From a virus (taxonomy: Duplodnaviria > Heunggongvirae > Uroviricota > Caudoviricetes), in IMG/VR virus record IMGVR_UViG_3300010354_007935, positions 46,284 through 110,283 of that record: a stretch of DNA of 64,000 nucleotides; one strand, written 5' to 3'. Below are positions 1-13,300 of the stretch, piece by piece. The notes beneath the pieces were generated by a model. That model was given only the letters and a program-made list of their open reading frames with translations. It ran no database searches and was not told the origin of the DNA. Position numbers and translations under genes: made by a program. The number at the start of each line of letters is the position of its first letter. The stretch's first letter is position 1.

Positions 1-3000
1 CTATAATCACCATTTGTGAGTTTGTTAATTGATTTAGTTAGATCTAAAGCAGTAAATGTTCCGCCACTGCCACCAGTCTTAGCCACGGTACTCTTAACTA
101 CAGCACCTGGTAATGTTGTTGTACCATCTGTGCCAAATTGCCAAATCTTATTTGCTACTGAACTAAATGTAACTGTTTGTGGTCCACTATTAAATCCCGC
201 AGTAATATCTTGATCAAAGTGCAGAGCCCAAGTGCCTACACCAATGTCTTGTACAATATCGGTAATGGTAGCAGTTATAGGAGTTCCCCAGGCCGTAGTT
301 ACGGTGTCGCCTACTTGAACAGTTGTACCTAAATTAGGATAATCTGCGTCAAGAAAAAACATACGCCAAACGCCGCCTGGTGGCACAAGTTCGTCTACTA
401 CATCTACATTGAAATTTAATACTAAATCACCTACTATAATTGATGCGGCAGTTTCTTTGTGTATGTTACCTGGGATAGTTAGTGTGCCATCTGTGCCAAA
501 GGTCCAAGTGTTACTGTTTGTGCCAATAGAAATAACACCGTCTAGACCTAGTTTTAGATACTTGTTATCATTGCCAAAGTATTGATCATAAGTTGCTGTG
601 TCACCTACACTGAGATGTAGGTGTGTTGGATTATCTCCGCCGTGTATTCTAAAATACATATTGGCCGCAAGATTAGGTCCTGGTGCTAGATTTAGTCCTT
701 GGAACCCGTCGTTAGTACCTGTGCCTTGGAGTTTGTTTCCTACTACTGTTAGATCACCGATAGGTGTGCTGAGCACATACTTGGTTGGAACTAGGAAGTT
801 AGTAGCATCTGTGGGAGGAGATTCAGTAGCTGTAGTTATGTTTAAAGCGTTGTCACTGTCAGTTTTTCCAGCATTAGTAACTGTAATATCTGATGCGGTG
901 TTGTTTAGCAAGCCACTGAAACTGGCTCCTTTGAAGTCCCAATCACCTGTGGTAAACAGTGAACCTGCGGCACTGACCTGTGCTATAAACGCAGTATCGG
1001 CGGAAGGTCCTGGGTCACCAAATGATCCAGAAACAGCCACATAGCCATTTTTAACAGCGATATTACTACCACCACCCGACCCAAACCAATTACTACCAAA
1101 TGTCCAGGTTGTGGTATTGTCTAATAGGCGCTGCCATAGAACTACGCCTGATGTGCTGTATTTTGCTATAACAAAAGTAAAGTCACTGTTGGCGTTGTTA
1201 CCAGTTACACCTGATAGATATAAACAGTTGTCTGGGCCTACTACCACACTGGTAGCAACGTCTTGACAGTCACCTACTACTCTTCGGCTCCACTGTTTAG
1301 CACCGTTGCCATCCATCTTTAGCAGACTCATTGCTAGATCCCAAGGATTTCCAGCACCATCGGTTCTCACGTAATTACCGCAGATGTAGATATTGCCGTT
1401 GCTGTCTATGTCAGCATCTGCGCCTGAGCAGTTATAGCCTGCATCAAATTGTACGGCCTTTTGCCATTGTATAAATCCTGCGCTGTCGTACTTGACCACC
1501 AACATCTTATCATATACGTCGCCGGCAGTTACTGTGCCAACTTTTACAGTCATATCGTCTGCTGGTGTAGTCCCGCCAAATCCTGTGCCGTTGAATGTTC
1601 CTATTACATCGTCAACATTTCTATTTCCAGTGCCATCAACTATGTTAGTAAAGTTAGGAACGCCATCTGTGAATGTGACAGCAAAAGTCAGTGCTCCAGC
1701 CGTTCCGCCTGTATTACTTGTCCAATTAACATTACTAACAGGATCTGAATATAGTGTAGCGGCGGCATTTATTACACCAATGTTATCCATGTAACCTATG
1801 ACTACAATTTCACCCGCAGGACCTACAGCCATACCATAACTATATTCACCGTTTTGTCCGTCTAGTTTTCTGCTCCAGATGATGTTGCCAGTGTCTTTGT
1901 CAACCTTGGTAGTAGTGACAAATGCCTGTCCACCGCTGTAGGCATAGCCAACCATGACAGGGTTGCCGTCGCTGGCTACATCTACTACAGAACTGTAACT
2001 TTCTTCGCCAAAGTCGTAACTCTTCATCCATATGACATTGCCGTTGGCTGTGTTTAACTTCATCAATGAACTGACTTGATACTCCGCAGGACTTCCTGTG
2101 CCTTCTAATTCTCCTGCTACATAGATTGAAGTACTGTCTACTGCTAGACCCCAACCATCTGAATACTGTCCAGCGGCAAATCTCTGTTGCCATAGTTTAC
2201 CGCCACTGGTATCAAACTTGGCCACACTGATGTATCTTTCACTGTTGTTGGTATCATCGTGACTGAATAGTGCTATGACGTTGCCATCCGCATCATATTC
2301 TACACTGGTAGCACTGATTACATTGTCGCCTGGTGTATTTGAAGCAAATGTTTCTACCCAGATGTTAGTGTCTACTGCGGCATTGCCACCTAGAACCGAG
2401 TTGCCACTACTGTCTAAAATATCTCCGCCCGCAGGCAACGTTAGATTGCCGCCGTTGTCAAACTGCCATTCGTATTCTGAGTTGGCTCCTGTGCGTATGT
2501 TGACATTACCGTTGTTGCCAGTGCCTTGTTTCCTACCGCCACGAATGTTTACATCACCACCGTTGCCGTTGCCACCACCAGTAGCATCACCTGCTGAGAT
2601 TTCTATGTAGCCGCCTGTGTTAGAGCCGCCGTTGAAATCTGCGGCACTACCGCCTTCAATCTTTACATAACCACCAGCATTGTTCTGACCCTGTCCACCA
2701 CGGATCTTGATGTCACCACCGGAGCCACCGTAATAATTTCCGTTGTTGGATCCTTCACCTCCAGTACCGCCCCAGATGTAGACATCACCGCCTTCGCCTG
2801 CGGCAGTTTGATTCCAATCACCATAACCACGCTGTCCTTGGATAACAAGACGCTGTGCGTTGGCACTATTGCTGTTTGGCTGTGGCCCTGTGATGATAAC
2901 TTGATCGTAGGGATCGTTTTCTCCACCTAGACGTAGTGTAGGACCGTTCAGACCGTAACCGTTTTGATAGCCCGTGTTGTTTAGACTGGGTAGTTGTAGG

Positions 3001-4091
3001 CTACCATTTTGGGCAAATGTCCAAGCGTGATTGCCGTCGTCACTTTCAATAACAACATTAGTGTTTGCTTGAATACTTACTTCGTCACCGTTGGCAGTAA
3101 TAAACACATCGTCTGCGGCATATAAGTTAAGATCGCAGTCTCCTGTGTAGCCTTGAGGACGTAGTGTTTCAATGGTTAAGTCACCTTCACTGCGCCAATT
3201 AATTTCTCCGTAGCCTTCACCACCTTGCTGTAGATCAACTAGACGTTTCCAGATTGGTGTTTGCGTTCCGCCACCAGTATACGCAATAGTTACACTACTT
3301 CCTTGTGCTAGTTCTTCAGGATCTTCAGCACGGTGCAGCCATAAAATTGACATAATACCTGTTTGATCATTATAACCGGTACTGGTAACATTTTGTGCTC
3401 CACCGTAGGCTACACCAGCATCAACGGTAAATTGACCTTCTGACCAACTGCCATATCTTAAAATGTTATAAATTTCTGGTTCGTCTGCTATTGACAGCAC
3501 AGCACTATTAAAACTTCCACCACTTTGACTTACGTTGTATAGTTGGGTAGTTACAGCAGAAAAAGTTCCTTGTAGTCCTGATGAAGCATCTTGCCAGTCT
3601 TCTGTACAGATGTAGGTCTCACCGTTAGGTGTCAGAGCGATTGTGCCTCTAGTGTCGCCTGCTTCACCGTTTGGAAAAGATATACTACGTTCTACAACTC
3701 CGCCAGCGCCTCCGCTAATTTCACTAGTAGCATCGCTGTCTTCTGGATCTTCTGCTTCGTTTTCTTCTCCTGGATTAACGACTTTTGTAGCAACAAATTT
3801 ACCACCAACATTAGTAAGTTTAATATTGTCCAAGTAGATACTGCCGCCTGCTGTATAAACGTGACGCCATTGTTTTGTAGGACTACCTAAATCGTAAGTA
3901 TTGTCAACAGCAGGAACTATGTTAGTAGATGGGTCATATATGCTAGGCAAGGCTGTCCAGGTATCAGTACCGTTACCAATTTTTAATATATTATTTGTAG
4001 TATCTAAACCAGGTTCGCCCTCTGCTAAAATTGGATTTTCTATACCCCAATTAACAGCCGTATCTCTTCTTAATTTTATTTGTGTTGCCAT
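1..4091 (-). CDS. tail-fibre-like structural protein, 5' partial (runs off window start; at least ~1,360 aa). Not in the ORF track because there is no in-window stop.
   Basis: Manual minus-strand translation from ATG (rc of 4089-4091) with AGGAAA SD upstream. It reads through to position 1 as coherent protein (MATQIKLRRDTAVNWGIENPILAEGEPGLDTTNNILKIGNGTDTW...). Gly/Asn-rich repeats and beta-propeller-like motifs (DGNGNIYICGNY). Start lies 13 nt after the stop of the upstream gene. Confidence 0.5.
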   Translation of the reverse strand, partial: MATQIKLRRDTAVNWGIENPILAEGEPGLDTTNNILKIGNGTDTWTALPSIYDPSTNIVPAVDNTYDLGSPTKQWRHVYTAGGSIYLDNIKLTNVGGKFVATKVVNPGEENEAEDPEDSDATSEISGGAGGVVERSISFPNGEAGDTRGTIALTPNGETYICTEDWQDASSGLQGTFSAVTTQLYNVSQSGGSFNSAVLSIADEPEIYNILRYGSWSEGQFTVDAGVAYGGAQNVTSTGYNDQTGIMSILWLHRAEDPEELAQGSSVTIAYTGGGTQTPIWKRLVDLQQGGEGYGEINWRSEGDLTIETLRPQGYTGDCDLNLYAADDVFITANGDEVSIQANTNVVIESDDGNHAWTFAQNGSLQLPSLNNTGYQNGYGLNGPTLRLGGENDPYDQVIITGPQPNSNSANAQRLVIQGQRGYGDWNQTAAGEGGDVYIWGGTGGEGSNNGNYYGGSGGDIKIRGGQGQNNAGGYVKIEGGSAADFNGGSNTGGYIEISAGDATGGGNGNGGDVNIRGGRKQGTGNNGNVNIRTGANSEYEWQFDNGGNLTLPAGGDILDSSGNSVLGGNAAVDTNIWVETFASNTPGDNVISATSVEYDADGNVIALFSHDDTNNSERYISVAKFDTSGGKLWQQRFAAGQYSDGWGLAVDSTSIYVAGELEGTGSPAEYQVSSLMKLNTANGNVIWMKSYDFGEESYSSVVDVASDGNPVMVGYAYSGGQAFVTTTKVDKDTGNIIWSRKLDGQNGEYSYGMAVGPAGEIVVIGYMDNIGVINAAATLYSDPVSNVNWTSNTGGTAGALTFAVTFTDGVPNFTNIVDGTGNRNVDDVIGTFNGTGFGGTTPADDMTVKVGTVTAGDVYDKMLVVKYDSAGFIQWQKAVQFDAGYNCSGADADIDSNGNIYICGNYVRTDGAGNPWDLAMSLLKMDGNGAKQWSRRVVGDCQDVATSVVVGPDNCLYLSGVTGNNANSDFTFVIAKYSTSGVVLWQRLLDNTTTWTFGSNWFGSGGGSNIAVKNGYVAVSGSFGDPGPSADTAFIAQVSAAGSLFTTGDWDFKGASFSGLLNNTASDITVTNAGKTDSDNALNITTATESPPTDATNFLVPTKYVLSTPIGDLTVVGNKLQGTGTNDGFQGLNLAPGPNLAANMYFRIHGGDNPTHLHLSVGDTATYDQYFGNDNKYLKLGLDGVISIGTNSNTWTFGTDGTLTIPGNIHKETAASIIVGDLVLNFNVDVVDELVPPGGVWRMFFLDADYPNLGTTVQVGDTVTTAWGTPITATITDIVQDIGVGTWALHFDQDITAGFNSGPQTVTFSSVANKIWQFGTDGTTTLPGAVVKSTVAKTGGSGGTFTALDLTKSINKLTNGDY

Positions 4092-4103
4092 CACTATTTC
4101 CTA

Positions 4104-4373
4104 TTAGTTAAAACTAGCAGCATTACCGCCATCTATAATCACAGTAATATTTAATTTGTTTTGATTATCTAAATATTGTACTGTTACTCCGCTATGGTTA
4201 CCATTGGTAAACATAGCAGCAGCATAATCTTGGGCTAGCTCTGTAAAACTTGATACCGCTGTTAAATTATACAACTCAGTAAAATTATTGTTGATTTTAC
4301 TAAAAGCTGTACGCAACGGATCGCCAGTCTTGTCGTTAGCGGTTGCACCAATGTTTATTGTTTGTTTAGCCAT
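4104..4373 (-). CDS. small fibre-associated protein consisting of the conserved fibre N-terminal motif
   Basis: The 89-aa N-terminus INIGATANDKTGDPLRTAFSKINNNFTELY is nearly identical in pattern to the N-terminus of the adjacent 3,607-aa protein ([30 protein letters not shown]). Its start overlaps the giant gene's stop. Confidence 0.45.
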   Translation of the reverse strand: MAKQTINIGATANDKTGDPLRTAFSKINNNFTELYNLTAVSSFTELAQDYAAAMFTNGNHSGVTVQYLDNQNKLNITVIIDGGNAASFN

Positions 4374-7300
4374 TATACTCTCCCGATAGCGACTTGGATT
4401 ACACCAGCTTCGCCGTTGTCTTTGTCTTCTAATGCTTTACCAATAATACTGCCTAACTTAGGATCTAATGCCTTAACAGCATATCCTGGTGTAGAACTTG
4501 TAGTTAGTAAATCGCCTTTCTTAATACGTCCAACAACTTTAACAGGAACTCTACCAGCTAGTGCAATACAAACTTTGATTCCTTTTTGACCACTGTTCAT
4601 AACATAAGCAGGATCAGTTGTAACAACTCCAGCTGCACGAGTGTCGTCTCTTAAAGTAGTTGTAGTAACTTCTTTATCTCCGCCAAATACTAAAACAGTT
4701 CCTGGTTCATACTCGTTGTCTCCTTCGTAGTATTCTGCCAAGTCAGCATAAGTTGCCTGTAGTTGGCTACCAGCAGACAAGGACCAATTTCCAGTAATTG
4801 TACCTGCTGTGCCCGATGCACCAGTAGTTAGTGTTGTGGATCTTAATGTTCCACTACTTAAATCAATTTGACTTCCACTAGCTAAAGACCATGCCCCAGT
4901 CAGTGTACCAGCAGTACCACTAGCACCAGTTGTTAGTGTAGTAGATCTCAATAGTCCGTTAGTGACATCTAGTGTTCCAGTACCAAATGTAATACCACTT
5001 GAACTTTGTAGTGTCCAAGAACCTGTTAACTGTCCTGCTGTTGCTGCGCCACCAGTTGTAAGTGTAGTGGATTTTAGTGTACCGTTAGTTGCATCAAATT
5101 GGCTTAAACTACCCAGCGACCATTGTCCAGTAATTGTTCCAGCAGTTCCTGGAGCACCTGTTGTTAGTGTAGTAGATTTTAAGCTGCCTCCGCTTACATC
5201 TAACGTTCCGTATTGAGAAACAATACTTGTACTTGCATCAGTACCTTTAACACTTTGATAGTTGTAGCCGCCTGGAGTATAAAATTCAACACTTAGGTTA
5301 GATGGTGTTGTATCAATAACCCTATAACCGTCTACTTTTAATTGTCTAACATCGATGACACCGTTTGCATCAGATTTAACAATTGCATTATTAGCAGCAA
5401 CAGTGGACACAGTCTGCACAGAATATGAGTTGTTTGATGTATTAGTTCCATCATAAGTAACAGACATTACACCGGTAGCACTGAATCCTGCGTTCTTAAT
5501 ACCGTCACCGGCTGATACAACAGACCCAGGTGTTAGTTCGCCCGGAACAGCACTAGTTCCGCCTAAGTTACCTAAAATACTATTAGAACCAATGTATTGA
5601 ATTTTTGCTAAGGTTACACCAGTTGTTGCGTTGGTTGAATTTTTAATACTAATCCAACCACTATTTGCATCAAATTGACTACTATTAAAACTTGCTAAAC
5701 CTAAATCTGCTTGCACAATTCCTGTAGCATTTGCACGGGTACTTGCCGCAGTCATGGCCAATTTACTCTGTGTAATAGCAGCCGTTTCGCTAACCATGCT
5801 GTTTATAACAACATTTGGTTGTAATACTGTTGTATATCCTCCAACTACTACAGTTGTACTTGTTCTTGTTAAAGAAGTTGTGCCACTTCCATAAATGCCA
5901 GGATCGGCAGCATAGCTCAATTGAATTGTTGTAGCACTACTGCTATTAACCAAGTAAACACCGTTATAAAGGGCATTACTGTTACCGGTAACTGCATAGT
6001 ATTGACCAGCAGCCGCATTCCCAGCTAATGATGGTGTGTTAGGAATATTAAATGTAACTAGGTAAGGACCTGTTCCAGTCTTACCGTTAAATCCTGAACT
6101 TGTTATAGATGTGTAAGGCGTATAAGTTCCAGGATCGGTTGGGTACTGTAATGTTACACTTGAAGTTGTACTCGATGTAGCAATAAAGATACCGTTATAG
6201 TTACTATTTGGATCACTTGCAACGGTATAGACTACGCCAGTGCTTGGAGCACTACCTTGTGTAGGTATACTATAAGTTACTAAGAATGGACCAGTTCCAG
6301 TTTTTCCTACACTTGTTACTCTGATATTTGTGCCAGGAGCAGTATATGTTAAGTTTACATGTCCCCTTGGTTGGAAAGATCTGTTAACCCATTTTACAGC
6401 AGTTCCGTCGTATACGAGGAAGTCGGCGTTAGCTGGACTAGTCAATGTAACATCTGTCAATTCAGATAGCTGGTCCGTTGCGGCAGCTACAGTATCAACA
6501 TATAATTTAGTAGCAGCATCGGCTGGGTTAGTTGGCGCAGCAATATTACCAATCTTATAATTGGACATGTTAAGGTCGCCCTTCATACCCAACGCACCGT
6601 TCAATGGTAAGAAGCCAGAACCAATTAGATCTGCTTGAGTTACTGGACCTCCGCCATAGTCAATACCTAAACGCTTGTCGATATAAGTTCTAATAGCACT
6701 TTGTACTGGAACAATATCAGGAGCATTTTCTGTCATTCCTGAGTCTGTTGAGAACTGAGTAACAACAACACCGCGCTTAAATCCTAAACCATCTAAGTTA
6801 CTCAACGCAATACTTGCAGAGAATGTAACTGTACCTGTACCTTGGTCAACTGTAAAGAATCGACCTACACTGAAGATACCGTTTTGGTCAGTGGTTGCAT
6901 AGAATACACGACCTACACCTTCTTCATAAACTTCCTGTGTTTGACTTGCAGGAATAGCAGGGTTGCCGTAAATCTGATATGGATAGTTGGTAGTTGAGTA
7001 ACCGCCAGTACCAATATCTAGCAAGTCGTGTCCAGTTACACGGCAAGTACTAATACGTGTGGTAATTTGACCGCCCTGGCCAGCAGCTCTTCCAAGTCGT
7101 AGTGTACTTGCACTAGTTAAACTAAATGGTTTATTAATACCTAGTGGACTACTTGTAGCATTTGACAGACCGTTAGTTACAGTAGTGGTTGTAGCGGCAC
7201 TCCATGTTCCTGGGTCATATTCAAAACTTAATGTTATGCTAGTCGAACTACTTGCAGCACATTGATAAATTCCGTTGTATAGTGGGTTAGTATTTCCTGA

Positions 7301-10300
7301 AACTTTAAACCAGTTACCAACAGTCGGTGCAGTTGTTGAACTGAACGCAAGTACAACGGCATAGCTACTTGTGATGGTAGTTGATGTTACAGTTTGACTA
7401 GTACTTACAGTCCAGCTTAAACCTGCGCCAGCCGTGATATAAGTTCCACTTGCAACTCCTGTTCCTGTAATCTTCTGTCCAATTGCAATTGTTCCAGAAG
7501 TTACACTTGTTACGGTTAATGTTGTTCCAGCAATAGAACCAACAAATACAGCTGGCCCAGTATTACTTGTAAAGCCGGTAATTGTTATATCAGTACCAGC
7601 AGTCCAAGTACCTGGATCGCTCTCGTATGCAACTGTAATAGTATTAGTGTTGACACCAGCACTAGCAGTTGTGCTGACTGTGGCACTTGCACTTAAGATA
7701 GGAGTTAATACAGCATTGCCTGTTGCTACTAGAATAGTTGGTGTACTGGTATATCCATATCCTGGGCTAACAATTGTCACTGCTGAAATACTTCCGTTGG
7801 TAATTGTACAGCTAATAATAGCAGGACTTACTGCGCCTCCACCTTGTACTGTAAGTAGTGGAGGGGTAGTATATCCGCTACCTGCATCAGTAATAGTTAC
7901 ACCGGCTAGAACAGCAACAATAGTTGAGCTAACACTTGCACCAGCAGGAACCCAGCATGCTGGTGTAACTGTAAATTCTGTTACGCTATCAATACTAGCA
8001 ATAACAGCGCCAGCAGGAACATAAGCACCAGGGCTGGCGCTTGATACAACCATGCCCACACTTAATGCACTTGTACTAGGTACAGTAACTCTTGTCTGGC
8101 TTACTCGTGCAGTGATTTGTCTATAACCATTATAACCTGTAGTAGTATTTGTTCCAAAGAAATAATAAGCATCTACGATTGGTAAACTTGATGGTCTCCA
8201 AGCTACGTCGTAGGTAACAAATTTTAATCCGCTTGCTGGAACGTTTTTCGAAACATAATATAAACCAGGTATAGTTGTTCCGTCACCTACGATATTATAA
8301 ACAGGATTTGGATCAATATTCAACCAACCGTTTCTGTTAACACCAAATGTAATAGTACCACTAGGAGTACTATCTGCAACTGCACTGATAACAACGGTGC
8401 TATTGGGTGTTCCTTGTGTGAAACTTACAACGTATTGGTTGCTAGTAAAGCCTGTGCCTGCAAGAACTTGTCCTGGTAGTATAGAACCAGCAACAGTACT
8501 AACAAACATTGTTGTACTAGCAACGCCTCCGCTAACATAAGTTGCGCTAGATTGGTATGTCGGAGTTGTATAACTTGCAACTCTGTGTACACGGCCTTGC
8601 CATGCAGTTAGATAAGTTCCTTTATTAATTTGGTCAACAGTAGTTTGCGTACTAACGGCTAACACAGCAATCTTATTGTCCCCAACTAATGCACCTTGTG
8701 CTTTGTTAGCAACAAGGCCTACACCGCTGACAAAACCAACAGACCCAGTTGTTGTGTTAGCATACTGTACTTGTGTAGCAGTACAACCAGTAACAACATA
8801 AGTTCCGTTATATCCAGTTGGAATTAAATCTTGTACAACAATAGTAGAACCAACTGTATACGGTGCCGACCCTTGGCTAGCAAATGTTATTGTTGCAGTA
8901 CTACCTGTTCCACTAACACCAGTAATGGCAATAGCTACATCTCTATCAACTTGATTAACCTTAGCAGGATCGTGTGTAAACTTGTAGTATGCAAACGATT
9001 GGTCAGTAGACAGAATAGCAACGTTTGAAGGTAGTGCTTCTCCAGATGCTTCAACTAGGTTGTAAGCAATAACGCGATAAATTTCAGCAAGGTTATCGTT
9101 ATACTGAACAGCAGTACTTGGACGAGTTGGGTTTACGTTATCAATGCCTAGGAACTTAATATTCTGTAAGTTACGAATTGTAACTTGTTGTCCGTCGTAC
9201 AAAGCAGTAACTAAACCAACACTAGATGTTCCGTTATTACCTGCGGTACTTAAACCTAATGCTAATACGTTTTGTCCGTTAATTGTAACTGCGGTATGTG
9301 ACACGCTGTTTACTTCATAACGAACAATTCCTAATCCTGCAACACCGTGGTCAATTTCTAGTTCACTAATGTTGTAAGGAATATAGCTGTATCCTAAAAT
9401 ATAAACAGTAATTGCCTGCTGAGTTACAGTAGGTGTCATTGCACTGGCAAAAGTTCCCTGTTTGTAAACACGAGCAACTTGAACCATATCATTTGCTAGT
9501 GTAACTGCATCGGGTTTTTCAGTTACGTCATAACCTGTAGCACGTAACGCATAAACACCGTAGCTGTTAGAACCAGCAACAGAACGAACTTGTCCACCGT
9601 CTGCTGCCCAATAGTGTGTATAGCAGTAGTAACTGAATGTTGAAACTTGTTCAGTTACAGCACCGTTCTTGGCAACAATAGCGTAGCCCAAGTCATTAAT
9701 CATCGCAAAGTCGTTAGCAAGCATAGACTTGTTACCGCCCATTTCGATGTTAATTGGTTGTTCGCCGCCGTTGTTCAAATAGGTAATAACTGAAGTTTGA
9801 ATAGTTGATTTTCCAGCTAGTATGGATGTTCTAGCAGAAAGTAGACCGGCATCTAAACTTGTTAATGTTGGTGTAGTTCTTGGTGTTAGAGGAGCATCGT
9901 CATCGCCATCATATGTATAGTCAACAATTAAGTCACACAAGGTACCCATGCTAGCATACTCTGTAGTACCGCTTCCAATTACATAACCTGCATTAATTGT
10001 TTGTGAGGATAGGTTACCAGCAGACTTAGTAACTGTTGTGTTTGTAGCAATCTGTTGTAAAACAGTTTTAAATCTAGTAAATGCTGCTTGGAATACTGCT
10101 TCTTCGCCTGCTATTTGGCTACCAGCACCTACTTCACCTACAACGCTTCGACCATAGTAGGCCAAGCATGCATCGTAAGTCATGCTATTACCACCATACA
10201 TTAAATCGTAGCACATGGCATCTAGTAAGTAGCCAACGTCTCGACTGCATACAACTGCGCTGTATCCGGGAATCGCATTGGTAATAAAATTACTGGCGAT

Positions 10301-13300
10301 CCAAGCTACAATTTCATCTCTGATAAATTGTTTGTTAGCTACTAAATTATTTTTTAATTTTACTGCATCAGCAGTAGAGTTAGCGTTTGAAGGATATGTA
10401 ACTGCTGGCGCAGCGCCTACACCTTGTTCAATAATAGTTTGAATGATGCTATAGCTGGTAGTTAACGAACTTAATGCAGTAGGGTTAGTTGTATAGGTCT
10501 GTGCTAAATCTCTTGACTTTAAGATACCAACAACGGTTTGACTTTGTTGTGCGCCAACAACTATTGAAGCGTCAGCTCTTAGATAAGCAAGTCCAGCTTT
10601 AACTGCTTGATAGTTAGAACCAACAGTCATATCATATGTAACAGCATCTAAAATTAAACCAACATCTCGAGCACATACTGTATTATCATAGAAGCTAGCT
10701 GCATCATATGGAGTATTAACGTCCATACGTAGAACAACGGTTGCTGTTGTAGAGTCGTAACTTAATATATCGTTAATCTGATAACGATAACCTTGTACAT
10801 AGAATGCACATGGGGGTAGTGGTGCTCTTACATCTAAACCGCTATTAGGATAACCAGTAACAGTAACAGTGAGCCCACTATCAGCAACAGCAGTGATATT
10901 TCCTTTTAGACGCCCTGCGAACCCGTCAATAAACTGTCCACCAGCAAAACGTTTGTAATTGTTAGACTGACTAAACGATGAACAAACTTGTCCGTACGGT
11001 GATTTGGTTTTAATCTGTCCTTCTGGGTCAAGTACCATGGCAAATCCGCCGTGGCCCTGAATTGTAACGTTATTAACACGTACTGCATCGTTACATAGGA
11101 ATACGTCAATATCTCTATTGTTCTTAGGAGTTGAAGTAACATCTAAAGGATCGGTTAGGTAGAATCTTCCGTAGTTGATTGGAGAGTACAAGTGCCAAGA
11201 ACCTGGCGCATAAACTCCGCTGGTTTCGAATGGATAAATCACAGACAAGTTAGCAACGTTGCCGCTAACGCTGTCGATAACAGCTCGGCCAGGGTTGGCG
11301 TTATTTGCAGGATTGTTATCTTCTAGTACCTTACCAATCCAACTACTAGGTACTTGACCTGTACCTAGTGTAAAGGTAATCTTGTTAGTTGTACCACTTA
11401 ATGTAATTGTGCCACTTGCATAGTCAGTATCTCTATCTAAAATACCAACTAACATTGCGTCAATAACGGCATCTCGATAGAAGAATACTTTACGCCATGG
11501 ACTTTGGCTTATGCGATTCTTTGGACGAATAATTGTTCTGCGGAATTCGTCACCTTTAATACTAACGTTGGTAGGTAATTTAATTGGATAATCTTCGTAG
11601 TAAATTCCTGCTTCAACGAAAATAACAATTTGTAAATCAGTTACACTTTCACCAAACTCTAGTTGTTCTCCTGTTTGGAAGAAGCCCGGGCGTGTTAATC
11701 GATATGTAATAGTATCGATTGCTGTACTCACTCCAGGATCGTAGCTTACAACAGTAGCAAATGCATTACTGTCGATACCAACAAGTACCTTAGCTGGAAT
11801 AATATCAACATTACCTGGTGATCCTTGGTCTACGTAACCATTACCACCGTTATCAAATTTGATTGTCCATAATCCACTTCCGTATGTTGGAGTAGGAGCT
11901 GCACCAAAGCCGTACTGGATAATGTTAATCATTATATCCATGTTGGCAATAAAATCGTTCACTGCGGCAATACTAGCATTTTTACCACTTGGTGTTGATT
12001 GTGTAACAAGGGTTTGATAGCGTGTTCCAGTAATTTTATTAAGTACTTGAATACCTAATTCTTTAGCAAAAAGGATTCCGTCTAATGTTTCAGTAAATTG
12101 AGTTCCAATTGCAATAGCTTTTGCGCTGGCATTTTTGTAATAACTCTTTCCTGCAAATACACTTTGCCATGTTCCGTCTGTGAGTAAATCAATACTCATG
12201 GCATCGATAATATATCCAACATCTCGGTAACAAATTGCTTCGTCGTAGTTGAATCCTCCAGAGAATGTTTTATCAATGAAGTCTGTTGTTTCATAACCAA
12301 TAGTAGTTCTATTGTTTAATATAATAGTCCTTACCGCAATTAAATCAGGATCGTATACAAGAGATGTAATTGCTGGTTCAGTTAACGTTAATGTTGGTGT
12401 TGGTAAGACACTAGGATTATCTTCGGCGACTTCTCGCACAGCGGCCCAGGAGTCGGTTATTGCTTGGTTAGCAGCCGCGCCTCCAGTTAATGCTGGATTT
12501 ATTACCTGCGGTGTAGCAGAATATAAAATTCCAGGAGTTGTATTAGTACTAACTAGTAAAGTTAATGACTGTGCAAAAGCAAAGGCAGCGTATGTTGCTG
12601 TTTGCTCAGCCAGTGCAATTTGACTAGTATTTCCAATCCAATATTGATATCCTGCAAATATACCCGCACTATTTCCGCCATAAGTGATGTCATAGCAAAC
12701 TGCTTCTAAAATATATTGTAAATCTCGCTTACATGTATCATTGTTGTAGACAAGACCTGGGTAATTAGTATTAATCCAACCAATAGTCTCATCTTTAATA
12801 AAGTTAAAGTTAGCTTCGATTAACAATCTTGCATTTGTGATTCCGGTGCTTAATCCAGTAGGGCTATTGTTTATCGGTAAGGATCTAGTTACTAGTCCAT
12901 CTTGTAGTAAATCGATGATAACTTGGAACTTGTCGTTTATTGTTGATAATATTACTGGATCATTGACAACAGGATAATTATCGGAAATATAATCAATTGC
13001 TACGTTTTCTAAATTATTTGTTTGTGCAAGCACAGCAGTTCTTGCAGTTTGTAGCACAGATGGTGCTGCCGCAACAGTTGGAGCAACAACTGCTGGGGCA
13101 TTATTATAATCATTAATGATAGCAGCTATGTATCCAATGTTTAACGAGATAGAACTGTTAGCTGCACCACCGCCTTGTCTGGTTTCGTTTCTGTATTGTT
13201 TTACACTAGTTTGATAGAGTATAGAAGGATTTCCGTTTGTTGTAACAACTTGTGCAAGTACGCCTAAGTAATTAACTGCTGCTATTGTTGCAGTAACTTC

